Position numbers and translations under genes: made by a program
The notes under the pieces: generated by a model
Databases searched by the model: none
What the model saw: the letters and a program-made list of their open reading frames with translations, nothing else
Told to the model about the DNA's origin: nothing
Shown here: positions 1 to 9,200 of the stretch, piece by piece
How the letters are laid out: every line of letters starts with the position of its first letter
Numbering within the stretch: the stretch's first letter is position 1
Origin: a bacterium
Lineage (GTDB): Bacteria; Zhuqueibacterota; Zhuqueibacteria; Oceanimicrobiales; Oceanimicrobiaceae
Assembly: GCA_046758365.1 (NCBI GenBank)
Contig: JBHIAC010000084.1
Coordinates: 1 to 14,458 of the forward strand
Length of the DNA: 14,458 bases
Direction of reading: 5' to 3'

Positions 1-14
1 CACCGCGCTAAGAA

Positions 15-2669
15 TTATATTTCCTTATTCTCTGCAACGTTTTCCGCTTGTTTTATTTTCTCAAAGTGTAACTGTCCATCTTTAGCATCGATCTGAATAA
101 AATCGCCTTTAACAAACTCACCTGCTAAAATTTTGGTTGCGATTTCATTTACAATCTGGCGCTGCATGACTCTCTTCAAGGGTCTGGCACCAAACACCGG
201 ATCATATCCTTGGTTTGTGAGAAAATCTTTTGCCGATTCAGTTAACTCGCCGTCCAGCCCTTGTCGTTTTAGAGCCACTAGAACCATGCGGTTAAATTGA
301 ATATTAACAATCTGACGAATGTGCGCACGGGTCAACGGATGAAACACGATGACCTCATCAACACGGTTTAAAAATTCCGGGCGCATTTGCTTCTGCAATA
401 ATTGCAGAACTTGAGCACTGGTTTCATTATAGATTTGCTCCCGATTCGCATCTGTAATATGTTGAAAGCGTTCCATAATCAATTCAGAACCCAGATTGGA
501 GGTCATTATTATGATGGCATTTTTGAAATTCACTACATGGCCTTGACTGTCTGTAAGCCGCCCTTCGTCCAACACCTGCAAAAGTATATTGAATACTTCA
601 GGATGGGCTTTTTCGATTTCATCTATCAGAATGACTGAGTAAGGTCGACGACGGATGGCTTCGGTGAGTTGGCCGCCTTCCTCATAGCCAACATAACCCG
701 GTGGCGCACCGATGAGTCGAGAAACGTTAAACTGCTCCATATATTCGGACATGTCCAGTCGCACCATGGCGTTTTCATCATCGAACATGAATTCTGCCAA
801 AGCCCGGGCCAATTCGGTTTTTCCGACACCAGTAGGCCCAAGAAAGATAAACGAACCAATGGGCCGGTTCTCTTCGCTTAAGCCTGAACGCGCTCGACGC
901 ACTGCAAAGGACACAGCTTCAATGGCTTCATCCTGCCCTACCACGCGTTCACGCAGCCGATCGGCCATTTTGAGAATCTTCTCTCGTTCACTTTCGAGCA
1001 TACGGGTTATCGGAATTCCGGTCCAACGCGACACGATTTCGGCGATATCTTCTTCACTAACTTCCTCATTGAGTAACGAACCTTCCTTATGTAGCTCTTT
1101 CAGTTTGTCATTCAAGACCTTAAGTTGATTATCGAGCTCAACCAGTGTACCGTAGCGTAATTCTGCTGCTTTATTAAAATCACCATCACGCTCTGCTTTC
1201 TCAGCCATTTTCTTAGTTTCTTCTATCTGTTCTTTAACAGCTCGAATTTGCTTAATGGTATCCTTTTCGATCTGCCAACGAGCTTTCAATTGTGCTGAAT
1301 TTTCTTTCAAATTACTGAGTTCTTTCTTCAACTTGAACAGCCTTTCTTTGGAAGGCGCGTCTTTTTCTTTTTTGAGAGCCACCTGCTCAATTTCAAGCTG
1401 CTTAATGCGACGCTCGATCTCATCAATTTCCTCTGGCATAGAATCAATTTCGGTGCGTAATTTAGCCGCTGCCTCATCTATTAAATCGATTGCCTTATCG
1501 GGTAAAAATCGCTCCGGAATATAGCGATGGGATAGGGTGGCTGCGGCTATAATGGCTGAATCGGCGATGCGCACACCGTGGTGCACTTCGTAACGTTCTT
1601 TGAGTCCACGGAGAATGGAGATAGTATCTTCCACAGAAGGCTCCCCTACAAGCACGGGCTGGAAACGACGCTCTAAAGCCTTATCTTTTTCGATATATTT
1701 TCGATATTCGTCCAGGGTGGTGGCCCCGATCATGCGTAGTTCACCGCGCGCTAACATCGGTTTGAACATGTTGGCCGCATCTACGGCACCTTCGGCCGCA
1801 CCAGCTCCAACCATCGTGTGCAGTTCATCGATAAACAAAATAATCCGACCTCCCGCTTCTTCAATTTCTTTCAAAACGGCTTTTAAGCGCTCTTCAAACT
1901 CCCCCCGAAACTTTGTACCAGCTATCAACAAACCCATCTCAAGCTGTATGACTTTCTTGTTTTTCAAAGATTCCGGCACGTCGCCATGAGCAATTCGTTG
2001 TGCGATTCCTTCAACGAGGGCGGTTTTCCCGACACCCGGATCACCAACCAGCACCGGATTGTTTTTGGTTCGGCGGGAGAGTACCTGGACAGCACGGCGT
2101 ATTTCTTCGTCGCGGCCAATCACCGGATCTAACTTACTATCTCGGGCTAAGTCGGTCAAGTCTCTGCCGTAGCGCTCCAACGCCTTATATTTTTCTTCAG
2201 GATTTTGATCTACGACCCGTTGACTTCCGCGAATTTCTTTCAGCACCTTGTAAATATTGTCTTTAGTTACACCCTGTTGCTTCAAAATATTTGCCGCTGC
2301 AGTACCCTTTTCATCTGCAATTGCTATCAATAAATGCTCTGTACTCACATATTCATCTTTGAGTTGGCGCATCTCTTGGAAAGCCACATTGAACAGATTG
2401 TTTACGCGATTAGAAATATAAATTTGGCCCATGACACCAGCTCCAGAGACTCGTGGAAGATTTTGTAGCTCGTCGTCTAAACGACTGAGCACGAGACCTA
2501 AATTGGCCCCAAGTTTTTTCAATACGGAAGCTGGAACACCTTCTGAATCCTCGAGCATCGCTTTTAGCAGATGCTCAACTTCAATTTGCTGGTGTCCACG
2601 TTCCGAAGCCAACTGTTGGGCTTTGGCAACGGCTTCCTGGGCTTTTAGAGTTAATTTATCAAATGTCAT
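15..2669 (-). CDS. clpB: ATP-dependent chaperone/disaggregase ClpB (Hsp100, two AAA+ domains plus coiled-coil middle domain)
   Basis: 884 aa with Clp N-terminal repeats. NBD1 has [13 protein letters not shown], Walker A GDPGVGKT, Walker B LFIDELH and [10 protein letters not shown] long coiled-coil M-domain follows ([22 protein letters not shown]...AAELRYG). NBD2 has Walker A GPTGVGKT, pore loop GAPPGYVGY, Walker [10 protein letters not shown] and FGARPLKR. No IGF/IGL ClpP-docking loop after TSNLG. Confidence 0.97.
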   Translation of the reverse strand: MTFDKLTLKAQEAVAKAQQLASERGHQQIEVEHLLKAMLEDSEGVPASVLKKLGANLGLVLSRLDDELQNLPRVSGAGVMGQIYISNRVNNLFNVAFQEMRQLKDEYVSTEHLLIAIADEKGTAAANILKQQGVTKDNIYKVLKEIRGSQRVVDQNPEEKYKALERYGRDLTDLARDSKLDPVIGRDEEIRRAVQVLSRRTKNNPVLVGDPGVGKTALVEGIAQRIAHGDVPESLKNKKVIQLEMGLLIAGTKFRGEFEERLKAVLKEIEEAGGRIILFIDELHTMVGAGAAEGAVDAANMFKPMLARGELRMIGATTLDEYRKYIEKDKALERRFQPVLVGEPSVEDTISILRGLKERYEVHHGVRIADSAIIAAATLSHRYIPERFLPDKAIDLIDEAAAKLRTEIDSMPEEIDEIERRIKQLEIEQVALKKEKDAPSKERLFKLKKELSNLKENSAQLKARWQIEKDTIKQIRAVKEQIEETKKMAEKAERDGDFNKAAELRYGTLVELDNQLKVLNDKLKELHKEGSLLNEEVSEEDIAEIVSRWTGIPITRMLESEREKILKMADRLRERVVGQDEAIEAVSFAVRRARSGLSEENRPIGSFIFLGPTGVGKTELARALAEFMFDDENAMVRLDMSEYMEQFNVSRLIGAPPGYVGYEEGGQLTEAIRRRPYSVILIDEIEKAHPEVFNILLQVLDEGRLTDSQGHVVNFKNAIIIMTSNLGSELIMERFQHITDANREQIYNETSAQVLQLLQKQMRPEFLNRVDEVIVFHPLTRAHIRQIVNIQFNRMVLVALKRQGLDGELTESAKDFLTNQGYDPVFGARPLKRVMQRQIVNEIATKILAGEFVKGDFIQIDAKDGQLHFEKIKQAENVAENKEI

Positions 2670-2678
2670 TTTTTATCA

Positions 2679-2685
2679 TCTCCTT
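2679..2685 (-). promoter_or_regulatory. Shine-Dalgarno sequence of clpB
   Basis: Minus strand reads AAGGAGA, 9 nt before the ATG at 2669-2667. Confidence 0.8.
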
Positions 2686-2695
2686 AATTCAATTC

Positions 2696-2724
2696 ATGAC
2701 GTAGGTGCAAAATACCAACGTCAT
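2696..2724. repeat. Inverted repeat / stem-loop in the predicted clpB 5'UTR
   Basis: ATGACGTAGGT-GCAAAAT-ACCAACGTCAT: 10 of 11 positions pair (mismatch 2703/2717) around a 7-nt loop. Confidence 0.65.
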
Positions 2725-2768
2725 TTATAATACTTCATTCTGATCAATTTTTCAACAACCAATAATTA

Positions 2769-2785
2769 AACAAATTGTGTGCCAA
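2769..2785 (-). promoter_or_regulatory. Putative sigma-54 (RpoN) -24/-12 promoter for clpB
   Basis: Minus strand TTGGCACACAATTTGTT versus consensus YTGGCACGRNNNTTGCW. The GG-N10-G spacing is exact, but -12 is GT instead of GC. It points toward clpB, about 100 nt upstream of the start codon. Confidence 0.55.
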
Positions 2786-2893
2786 ATTAAATTAATTTCT
2801 TTAACAATAATATTATTAGTATATTATATCATATAACTATCGTGATTCTTTTGCTGTCAAATTAAAACAGTAATAGTAAAATTAATTAAAGAA

Positions 2894-2931
2894 AGAAAAG
2901 ATGGCAGAAGATTTAATGTCAATTTGGCATT
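2894..2931. promoter_or_regulatory. Candidate tandem transcription-factor (enhancer-binding protein) sites
   Basis: Near-palindrome AATGTCA-ATT-TGGCATT (2915-2931, 6/7 pairs). A second TGGCA half-site (2902-2906) lies 23 bp from the TGGCA at 2925. The sites are 110-145 bp upstream of the sigma-54-like element, beyond an AT-rich tract. Confidence 0.4.
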
Positions 2932-3207
2932 GTGATGACGCATAAGGTTAAATCGAAAGATTTTAAGTATTTGATTTTGATGTTGGAAATATTTGAAGGA
3001 GCAAAACGCCATTTAAGAGCAGAAGATTTTTGCAACTTATAGATAAAGTACTGAGATGAAATGTGCGCAGACTCTGGAGATTTTCTACTAAATGGAAAAT
3101 CGTATTGAATGGTGATACCTCATCTCATTCGTGATATCGGGATGGATTTTTACCAAGTAAATGTTTGGGAGAGTAAAATTATTATTTTTAAAATATTTTT
3201 TATGTTT

Positions 3208-3234
3208 TAAAAAACTAGAATTTTATGCCGATAT
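3208..3234 (+). promoter_or_regulatory. Putative sigma-28 (FliA/SigD/WhiG) promoter of the pel-like operon
   Basis: TAAA (3208-3211), 15-nt spacer, GCCGATAT (3227-3234): matches the TAAA-N15-GCCGATA(A/T) consensus exactly, 41 nt upstream of the ATG at 3276. Confidence 0.65.
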
Positions 3235-3264
3235 TTAAACAATCATCAAAGATATTTTAAACAA
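3230..3264 (+). repeat. Short direct repeat over the -10 element and leader
   Basis: GATATTTAAACAA (3230-3242) and GATATTTTAAACAA (3251-3264), starting 21 bp apart. Confidence 0.45.
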
Positions 3265-3275
3265 GAAATGGGTGC

Positions 3276-5360
3276 ATGAAAAATAAAAGCAAAGTTTTCA
3301 TAAAATTATTGTTAATCTTGATTTTCTCCAACACTTTAAGAGGAGAAATTGTTTCACGACATATTTTAGCGCTATATAATAGTGAACAAGGACAAACGAC
3401 GAAAATAAACCACATTCATGCGAATGCAGAAGTAATTTTAAATCATCTGGGTTGTGTGGTAGATTATTGGGATATAAAAGATGGCTTGCCCGATCAAAAA
3501 ATTATGCAAAAATACTTAGGAGTGATAACCTGGTTTTACAATAACTCCATAAAACAACCTGAAAAATATTTAAATTGGGCTTCCCAACAAATTGTTGCAA
3601 AAAGAAAATTTGTCATACTGGGAAATATCGGGGCCTTCAAAGATGCTACAAATGGTAAGGATTTGAAAATAGACGTGGTAAACAATTTCTGTAAACGATT
3701 AGGTTTCATAGTAGATGATGAAAATTTGATTGAAGATGTTACCAAAATTGAACTGGTTTATAAAGATGCCAATATGGTGGAATTTGAAAGAAGTTTAAAT
3801 TATGAACTGAATTATTACTCAAGATACCGCTCAACAAACTCTAAAAATAAAGTTTATCTTAAATTAAAATTAAAGGGTAAACCTAATAGTGAAAGTGACA
3901 TGGTAATAACAAGCCCTAATGGTGGTTTTGTGGATGCGGGCTACATTATATATCAAGATGAGAATACGTTTAAAAGAAAATGGCGAATCAATCCATTCAA
4001 ATTTTTTGAAGAAGCATTTGGACTTAAAGCTATACCTAAATCAGATGTCACCACCTTGAATGGGAGTAGAATTTGGGTTTCGCATATTGATGGGGATGCT
4101 TTAATATCACGATCAGAAGTTAAACCTAATGCTTATTGTGGTGAAATAATACGCGATGAAATTCTTAAGAAGTACAAATGGCCGGTGTCAGTGTCAGTTG
4201 TTGTAGGTGAAGTTGAACGAGATCCTAAATTTGTAGAAATTGCTCGTTCAATCTTTCGAATTGAGTGGGTTGAAGCAGCCAGTCATTCATACGCTCATCC
4301 ATTTTACTGGGAAGATGATTATGCAGAAAAAGATAAATATCCAAGCCGCCATCTACCTATAAAAGGCTACACATTTGATCTAAAAAAAGAAATTATTGGT
4401 TCAGTAAATTATATTAATAAAAATTTATTGCCTATTGATAAAAAGGTAAAACAATTTTTTTGGACTGGTAACTGCGTACCGACCCCTGAAGCTTTGGGAT
4501 ATTGTAATAAGATAAATATCAGCAATATTAATGGCGGAGACTCCATCTTCGATAATTATGCCCCATCTTATACTAGTTTAGCTCCTTTAGGAGTGATAGT
4601 AGGAGGTTATAGACAATTGTATGCTCCTAACGCAAGTGAAAACATTTATACGAATGATTGGACAGGGCCTTATTATGGTTTTAAATTTGTGCTCGAAACA
4701 TTCAAAAATACAGAATCTCCCATAAGAATAAAACCCATTAATATCTATTATCATTATTACAGCGGAGAAAGATGGGCTGGTTTAAATGCTCTAAAAGAAG
4801 TCATAGAAAAAACCATTACTAAAGACGTTGCGCCAATGTTTATCAGCGACTACATCGCTATGGTCAAAGGGTTCTATTCAACACAAATAGAAAAAATATC
4901 AAAGGACCGTTGGAGAATCAAAAATTATGGTAAATGTACCACCATGAGATTTGATAACACACAAAAATATCCTGATTTTGAAAAATCTTCAGGTATTCTC
5001 GGGTTTTTACATTATCAAGGTTCTCTCTACCTGCATTTAGACAATCAAGACGAAGCAGTCATTGCGTTGACAGAATCCAAACCGAAAGTCACATATCTTG
5101 AACAAGGTTCACATCGAATATTTAATTGGCACAGTTCGAATAAAGAAATTTCATTTAAAACAGAAGGATTTGGTAAAGGAAAATTTGTAATCGCAAATGT
5201 TTTAAGAAATAAAAAGTATAAAGTTTCGATAACCGATTTAAAATCAAATCTTAAAGATAAAACAAACAGTTTCAATATTCAAAGTGATTTTAACAGGAGA
5301 TTAACTTTTCTTCGCCCAATGGAAGGACCCATCGCAGTCAATATCAGCTTAGGGCAATGA
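3276..5360 (+). CDS. PelA-like polysaccharide deacetylase (PelA middle, deacetylase and beta-rich regions only; no glycoside hydrolase domain), exported
   Basis: 694 aa with a signal-peptide-like N-terminus (MKNKSKVFIKLLLILIFSNTLRG). PelA-type motifs: DVTTLNGSRIWVSHIDGD (D272/D274), VEAASHSYAHPFYW (H337/H341), FFWTGNC, NINGGD, ENIYTNDWTGPYYGF and RIKPINIYYHYYSG. The mature part begins at RHILALYN...LNHLG.VVDY, the segment that follows the hydrolase domain in full-length PelA. Confidence 0.85.
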   Translation: MKNKSKVFIKLLLILIFSNTLRGEIVSRHILALYNSEQGQTTKINHIHANAEVILNHLGCVVDYWDIKDGLPDQKIMQKYLGVITWFYNNSIKQPEKYLNWASQQIVAKRKFVILGNIGAFKDATNGKDLKIDVVNNFCKRLGFIVDDENLIEDVTKIELVYKDANMVEFERSLNYELNYYSRYRSTNSKNKVYLKLKLKGKPNSESDMVITSPNGGFVDAGYIIYQDENTFKRKWRINPFKFFEEAFGLKAIPKSDVTTLNGSRIWVSHIDGDALISRSEVKPNAYCGEIIRDEILKKYKWPVSVSVVVGEVERDPKFVEIARSIFRIEWVEAASHSYAHPFYWEDDYAEKDKYPSRHLPIKGYTFDLKKEIIGSVNYINKNLLPIDKKVKQFFWTGNCVPTPEALGYCNKINISNINGGDSIFDNYAPSYTSLAPLGVIVGGYRQLYAPNASENIYTNDWTGPYYGFKFVLETFKNTESPIRIKPINIYYHYYSGERWAGLNALKEVIEKTITKDVAPMFISDYIAMVKGFYSTQIEKISKDRWRIKNYGKCTTMRFDNTQKYPDFEKSSGILGFLHYQGSLYLHLDNQDEAVIALTESKPKVTYLEQGSHRIFNWHSSNKEISFKTEGFGKGKFVIANVLRNKKYKVSITDLKSNLKDKTNSFNIQSDFNRRLTFLRPMEGPIAVNISLGQ

Positions 5361-6277
5361 AAATCATTAATAAAAAAATCCTGTGTCATTCCGTGAATTT
5401 CCCTGGTGAATTATTTTATATTCCTCTTCTTTGGGGTGGACTTTTTATGTTATTTTTTAGCTGCGCGGGAAGAGAAAAAATAAGAAGCAATCTTGAAAGC
5501 CATAAAATAAATAATTGGGTCTGCATATATAATGATAATGCTCCTGTAAGCACAATAAGAAAATTTGACTTAGCTATTTTAGACGCCGATGCACATCCCG
5601 ATTTGACTGAATTAAAAAAGTCAAATACGATTCTGATTGGATATGTAAGCCTTGGAGAAGTTGGGGAATACAGATGGTACTGGAATCTCATTGCCGATAA
5701 GCCGTGGATATTGGATAAAAATCCTAATTGGAACAGTCGCATGATTGATGTACGCACATTAGAATGGCATGAATGGTTAATTGATAAAATCATACCCAAA
5801 ATTCTTGAACAAGGATTTGATGGCATTTTTTTAGACACTATTGATAATGCAGAATATCTTGAAAAATATCATCCCAAGATAAAATATCCTGGTGCTCAGG
5901 CAGGTATGATTACCTTGATTAAAGCCATTAGAAAGAGATTTCCTTCTATTTATATCATTGCCAATCGAGGATTTTCGATTATACATGAAATTGGCCCATT
6001 GATTGATGGTGTGGTTGCTGAGTCCATATTTACTACTATTGACGTTAATAACAATAAGGTGCGCTTACTCACACCAGATGAATATAGCTCAAATATAAAA
6101 CAACTGCTTGCAGCAAAGAAAAGCTTCGATCTGACTGTATTTACTCTGGATTATGCCGATCCTGAAAATACATCTTTTATCAGGAGCATCATAACAAGAT
6201 CTCGGGAGTATGATTTTATCCCATACATAAGCACCACAAAATTAGATCGCATCTATCTTAATACGCTTGAACTTTAA
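5357..6277 (+). CDS. Endo-alpha-1,4-(N-acetyl)galactosaminidase-like glycoside hydrolase (PelA hydrolase domain, GH166/GH114-like), probable lipoprotein
   Basis: 306 aa with motifs GYVSLGEV, GFDGIFLDTID (D160), IIANRGF, GVVAESIF (E222) and VFTLDY, typical of the PelA hydrolase TIM barrel. A hydrophobic stretch ends in FFSC (Cys36). ATGA overlap with the upstream stop codon. Confidence 0.85.
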   Translation: MKIINKKILCHSVNFPGELFYIPLLWGGLFMLFFSCAGREKIRSNLESHKINNWVCIYNDNAPVSTIRKFDLAILDADAHPDLTELKKSNTILIGYVSLGEVGEYRWYWNLIADKPWILDKNPNWNSRMIDVRTLEWHEWLIDKIIPKILEQGFDGIFLDTIDNAEYLEKYHPKIKYPGAQAGMITLIKAIRKRFPSIYIIANRGFSIIHEIGPLIDGVVAESIFTTIDVNNNKVRLLTPDEYSSNIKQLLAAKKSFDLTVFTLDYADPENTSFIRSIITRSREYDFIPYISTTKLDRIYLNTLEL

Positions 6278-6287
6278 GGAAGATTAA

Positions 6288-9200
6288 ATGGGAATAAAAA
6301 TCTGGTGGCCTCTTCTCTTTGTGGGTACGATTATAATTGCCTGTATTCTAATTTTTCCTTCTGATTTGCGGCTAGCAGATTTTTTAGGTAAAGCAGGTAA
6401 ATTTGAAGAGGCTATTCAAACTTATCAAAAGATTTTGGAAAAGCACCCAGATCGAGATGATATTCGAGTTACCTTAGGTAGACTTTATATCCTAAACAAT
6501 GAAGCTGAAAATGCAATACTTGAATTAGAAAAGGTTAGTGAGGATCTAATCTTTGATATCGCGCTCCTTGATCAATTATATGGCATTTATTCTCAATTGG
6601 GAAATAAGGATAAAACAATAACTATTTTGGAAAAAATCACAAAGTTATCTCCTAATGATTTACAGTATCGAACCAAATTGGCAGAAGCGTACGAATGGAA
6701 TAATGACACACAAAATGCTATAGAATTATATGAAGAATTATTAACTGAAAAGCCAGATGATATAAATTTTTTGAACAAACTCATTCATTTAAACCGGGCT
6801 AAAAAAAATTATGATAAAACTATCACTTACTTAACAAAACTTTTAGATCTCCGGCCAAACAACCTTGAATCCAGAATATTACTTGGCAACGTCTATATTG
6901 CAGCCAATGAAAAAGACCTGGCGGCGGTGGAATTTGAAAAGGTGCTTAGAATTAATCCTGATAATGAACCTTTGCGAGTAAAACTTGCCGAACTATACCT
7001 TTGGATGCAACGCTTTGATTGGGGAATTGCACATTATGAATATCTCGTGATGCACCATTTTTTAAATGAGCAATATTTTAACAAATTGATAGAGTTAACA
7101 AAATTCATAGATCCACCAAAAGCGATTGAATACTTTAAATATCGGCTTAATTACCTGCCTCGAGATAATGATTTAAGGCAACGATTTGTTGATCTCTACC
7201 TGTACTTGGGATATACTGACAAAGCTATCCAGCAAATACAATTACTCATTGATAATAATCCTGATAAGCCAAAATATTTATTGCAACTGGCAAGATTATA
7301 TCGAGATATTCGTGAACCCCATTTGGCTAATGAAATTTATGAGTCAATTTTTCAAAAAGGTTCTAAAGATCAAGAAGTTATAGCAGCGCTAATTTCTAAT
7401 TATCAGTTCGAGAAACAATATGACAAACTACTAACTTTGTACAAGACTTTACTTAGCAAGGATTTGGCTGACCACAAAATACAGAGAGATTATGCAGAGA
7501 CACTTATTATTACTCAAAATTATGAGGAGGCGATTCACCAGTATTCAAAACTGCTTAAAGTTCAGCCTGAAAATATAGAGTTTCGAATACAAATAGCTAA
7601 ATTGTACGCTCTCAAAAAGGACTACAAAAAAGCAATTAAGTTAATTAAACAAGGATTTAATAAATACGGTTTTGAACACGAAGAACATTTAGTTTATGCT
7701 GCTCAGTTTTTTGCCGATCACAATTACGATCAAGAAAGTATCGCCTGTTATGAAAAGCTAGTCATCCTTAATGAAGACAATTTGCACTATAAAAGACTTT
7801 TAGCTAAGCAATATATCAAGACTAATAATTTTGATAAAGCGACTTCTGTATATAAAACAATTATAAACCAGTATCCTGAGAATCTTGACTTACAATTTGA
7901 GTTTGCTTCAAATTATTGGCTAATAAACGATTTTGATAGAATGCATCAAATTGTAAATGAAATTAGCGGTCGTTATAGGGATCAACTGGATATCCATAAA
8001 AAAATAGGTAAATTTTATTTTGATAGAGGGTTTTTTAATGAAACCATCGAACAATTGCAAATCGAATTAGAATCTTCACCAAAGGATAGTACGACATTGC
8101 GAATGCTGGGACTTGCCTATGCATGGAACAATCAACCGTTAGAATCAAAAAAAATATTGCGCCAATACCATGAATTATATCAAAACGATTTTTACACCCA
8201 TTATGAAATGGGGGAATTGCTTCTTTCCGAAGGGGATAAAAAAAACGCCTTGCCTGAGTTTCAAACTTCATTAGCCCTTTTAGAAAGTGTTCCAGAAAGC
8301 AAAGAATCCACAATTGTTAAAGCAAAAATATATGCTCACCAAAATGCTCGTGAAGAAGCTATAAAAGAATTTGAGATATTGATTTCAAGATATCCTGATG
8401 ATATTTCAATTTATTATGAATTTGCAGAAAGCCTGTTGGATTTAAAAGATTATGAACAAGCTAATCACTGGTTAAAACAGGTACTGCAAAAAAAACCGAA
8501 TGACTATCGTGCTTTACGACTACAAAGTCGTAGCTACTTTGAACAAGGGAAATATCAAAAAGCCACAAAAATATTAAAACAATTAGAATCGCTATATCCA
8601 GATAATTTAGGCTTGAAACTCGATTTAGCTGATAACGAATTGGCCACAGGAGATTGGTACACTAGCACTAAGACCTTGAAAAAAATCTTACAAAAATATC
8701 CCAAAAATTTGCCTGCTCAGAAAAGGCTTCTCCTATTAAGAAGAGAACAAAACCAAGCATTTTCAACAGATTATATATTTGAAAAACAGTCAGGCAATTT
8801 CTTTAAACAAATTTATAACTTTGTCTTTTCTAAAGCTACTTCTTCTATTCTCAATTTCAAGTTTTTATATGGTGAGGAGAGTTATTCAAGTAAGGATTTA
8901 ATATTTGAAGATGAAACTTTCCAAAACCTTGGAGTTAATCTTTCTTCCAGATATAATTCTAAACTACAAACCTCATTTGGTGCGACGGTACAGAGGCATC
9001 GAGACGCATGGTATCTAACGGGTAAGGGGATGGTTCAGTGGAATTTTAATCCATCAAATTCGTTTACTATTTCCTCTTCTTTAAATGAATTATGGAATGA
9101 TCCGTTATTAGCTTCCTTTTTTCTTGGCAGATCGCATCGTCTCGAATCAGACATAAATCTTTTTCTTTTAAATAGAATATTTCTTTGGAACCGCTTTTCC

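Noticed and set aside
1895..1925. ClpB NBD1 pore loop KFRG instead of KYRG
   Set aside because: A conservative aromatic substitution that I recall as common among ClpB proteins.
402..2730. Plus-strand and alternate-frame ORFs overlapping clpB (for example 712-1128, 1600-1989, 2431-2730, 626-859)
   Set aside because: Shadow ORFs of a highly conserved gene. Their Ser-rich composition is what antisense reading of Glu/Lys/Arg codons produces, and they have no recognisable motifs.
2856..2929. GTCA...TGGC elements as FleQ boxes
   Set aside because: The FleQ consensus has GTCA-N6-TGAC spacing; here the spacing is N3, so these were kept only as generic enhancer-like sites.
2924..2940. Plus-strand TTGGCA as a sigma-54 promoter for the pel-like operon
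   Set aside because: GG-N10 is followed by AC, not GC, and there is no TTG before it.
2950..2963. GAAA-tetraloop hairpin AAATC-GAAA-GATTT upstream of the pel-like operon as a possible c-di-GMP-I riboswitch
   Set aside because: It lacks the flanking GGCAAA and GACGCAAAG consensus and the second stem, and lies upstream of the predicted promoter.
2935..3042. 35-codon intergenic ORF MTHKVKSKDFKYLILMLEIFEGAKRHLRAEDFCNL with a faint resemblance to the Fur N-terminus
   Set aside because: No SD, too short, and no continuation to the Fur TVYR helix in the plus-strand frames after the stop. Probably chance; tBLASTn could confirm.
3268..3279. Mini-ORF Met-Gly-Ala-stop overlapping the deacetylase start codon (ATGA)
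   Set aside because: Three codons only, readily expected by chance, with no supporting SD.
5674..5700. GCCGATAA inside the hydrolase gene as an internal sigma-28 promoter
   Set aside because: The -35 position reads ATGG, not TAAA or TCAA, and the match is explained by the Ala-Asp-Lys codons.
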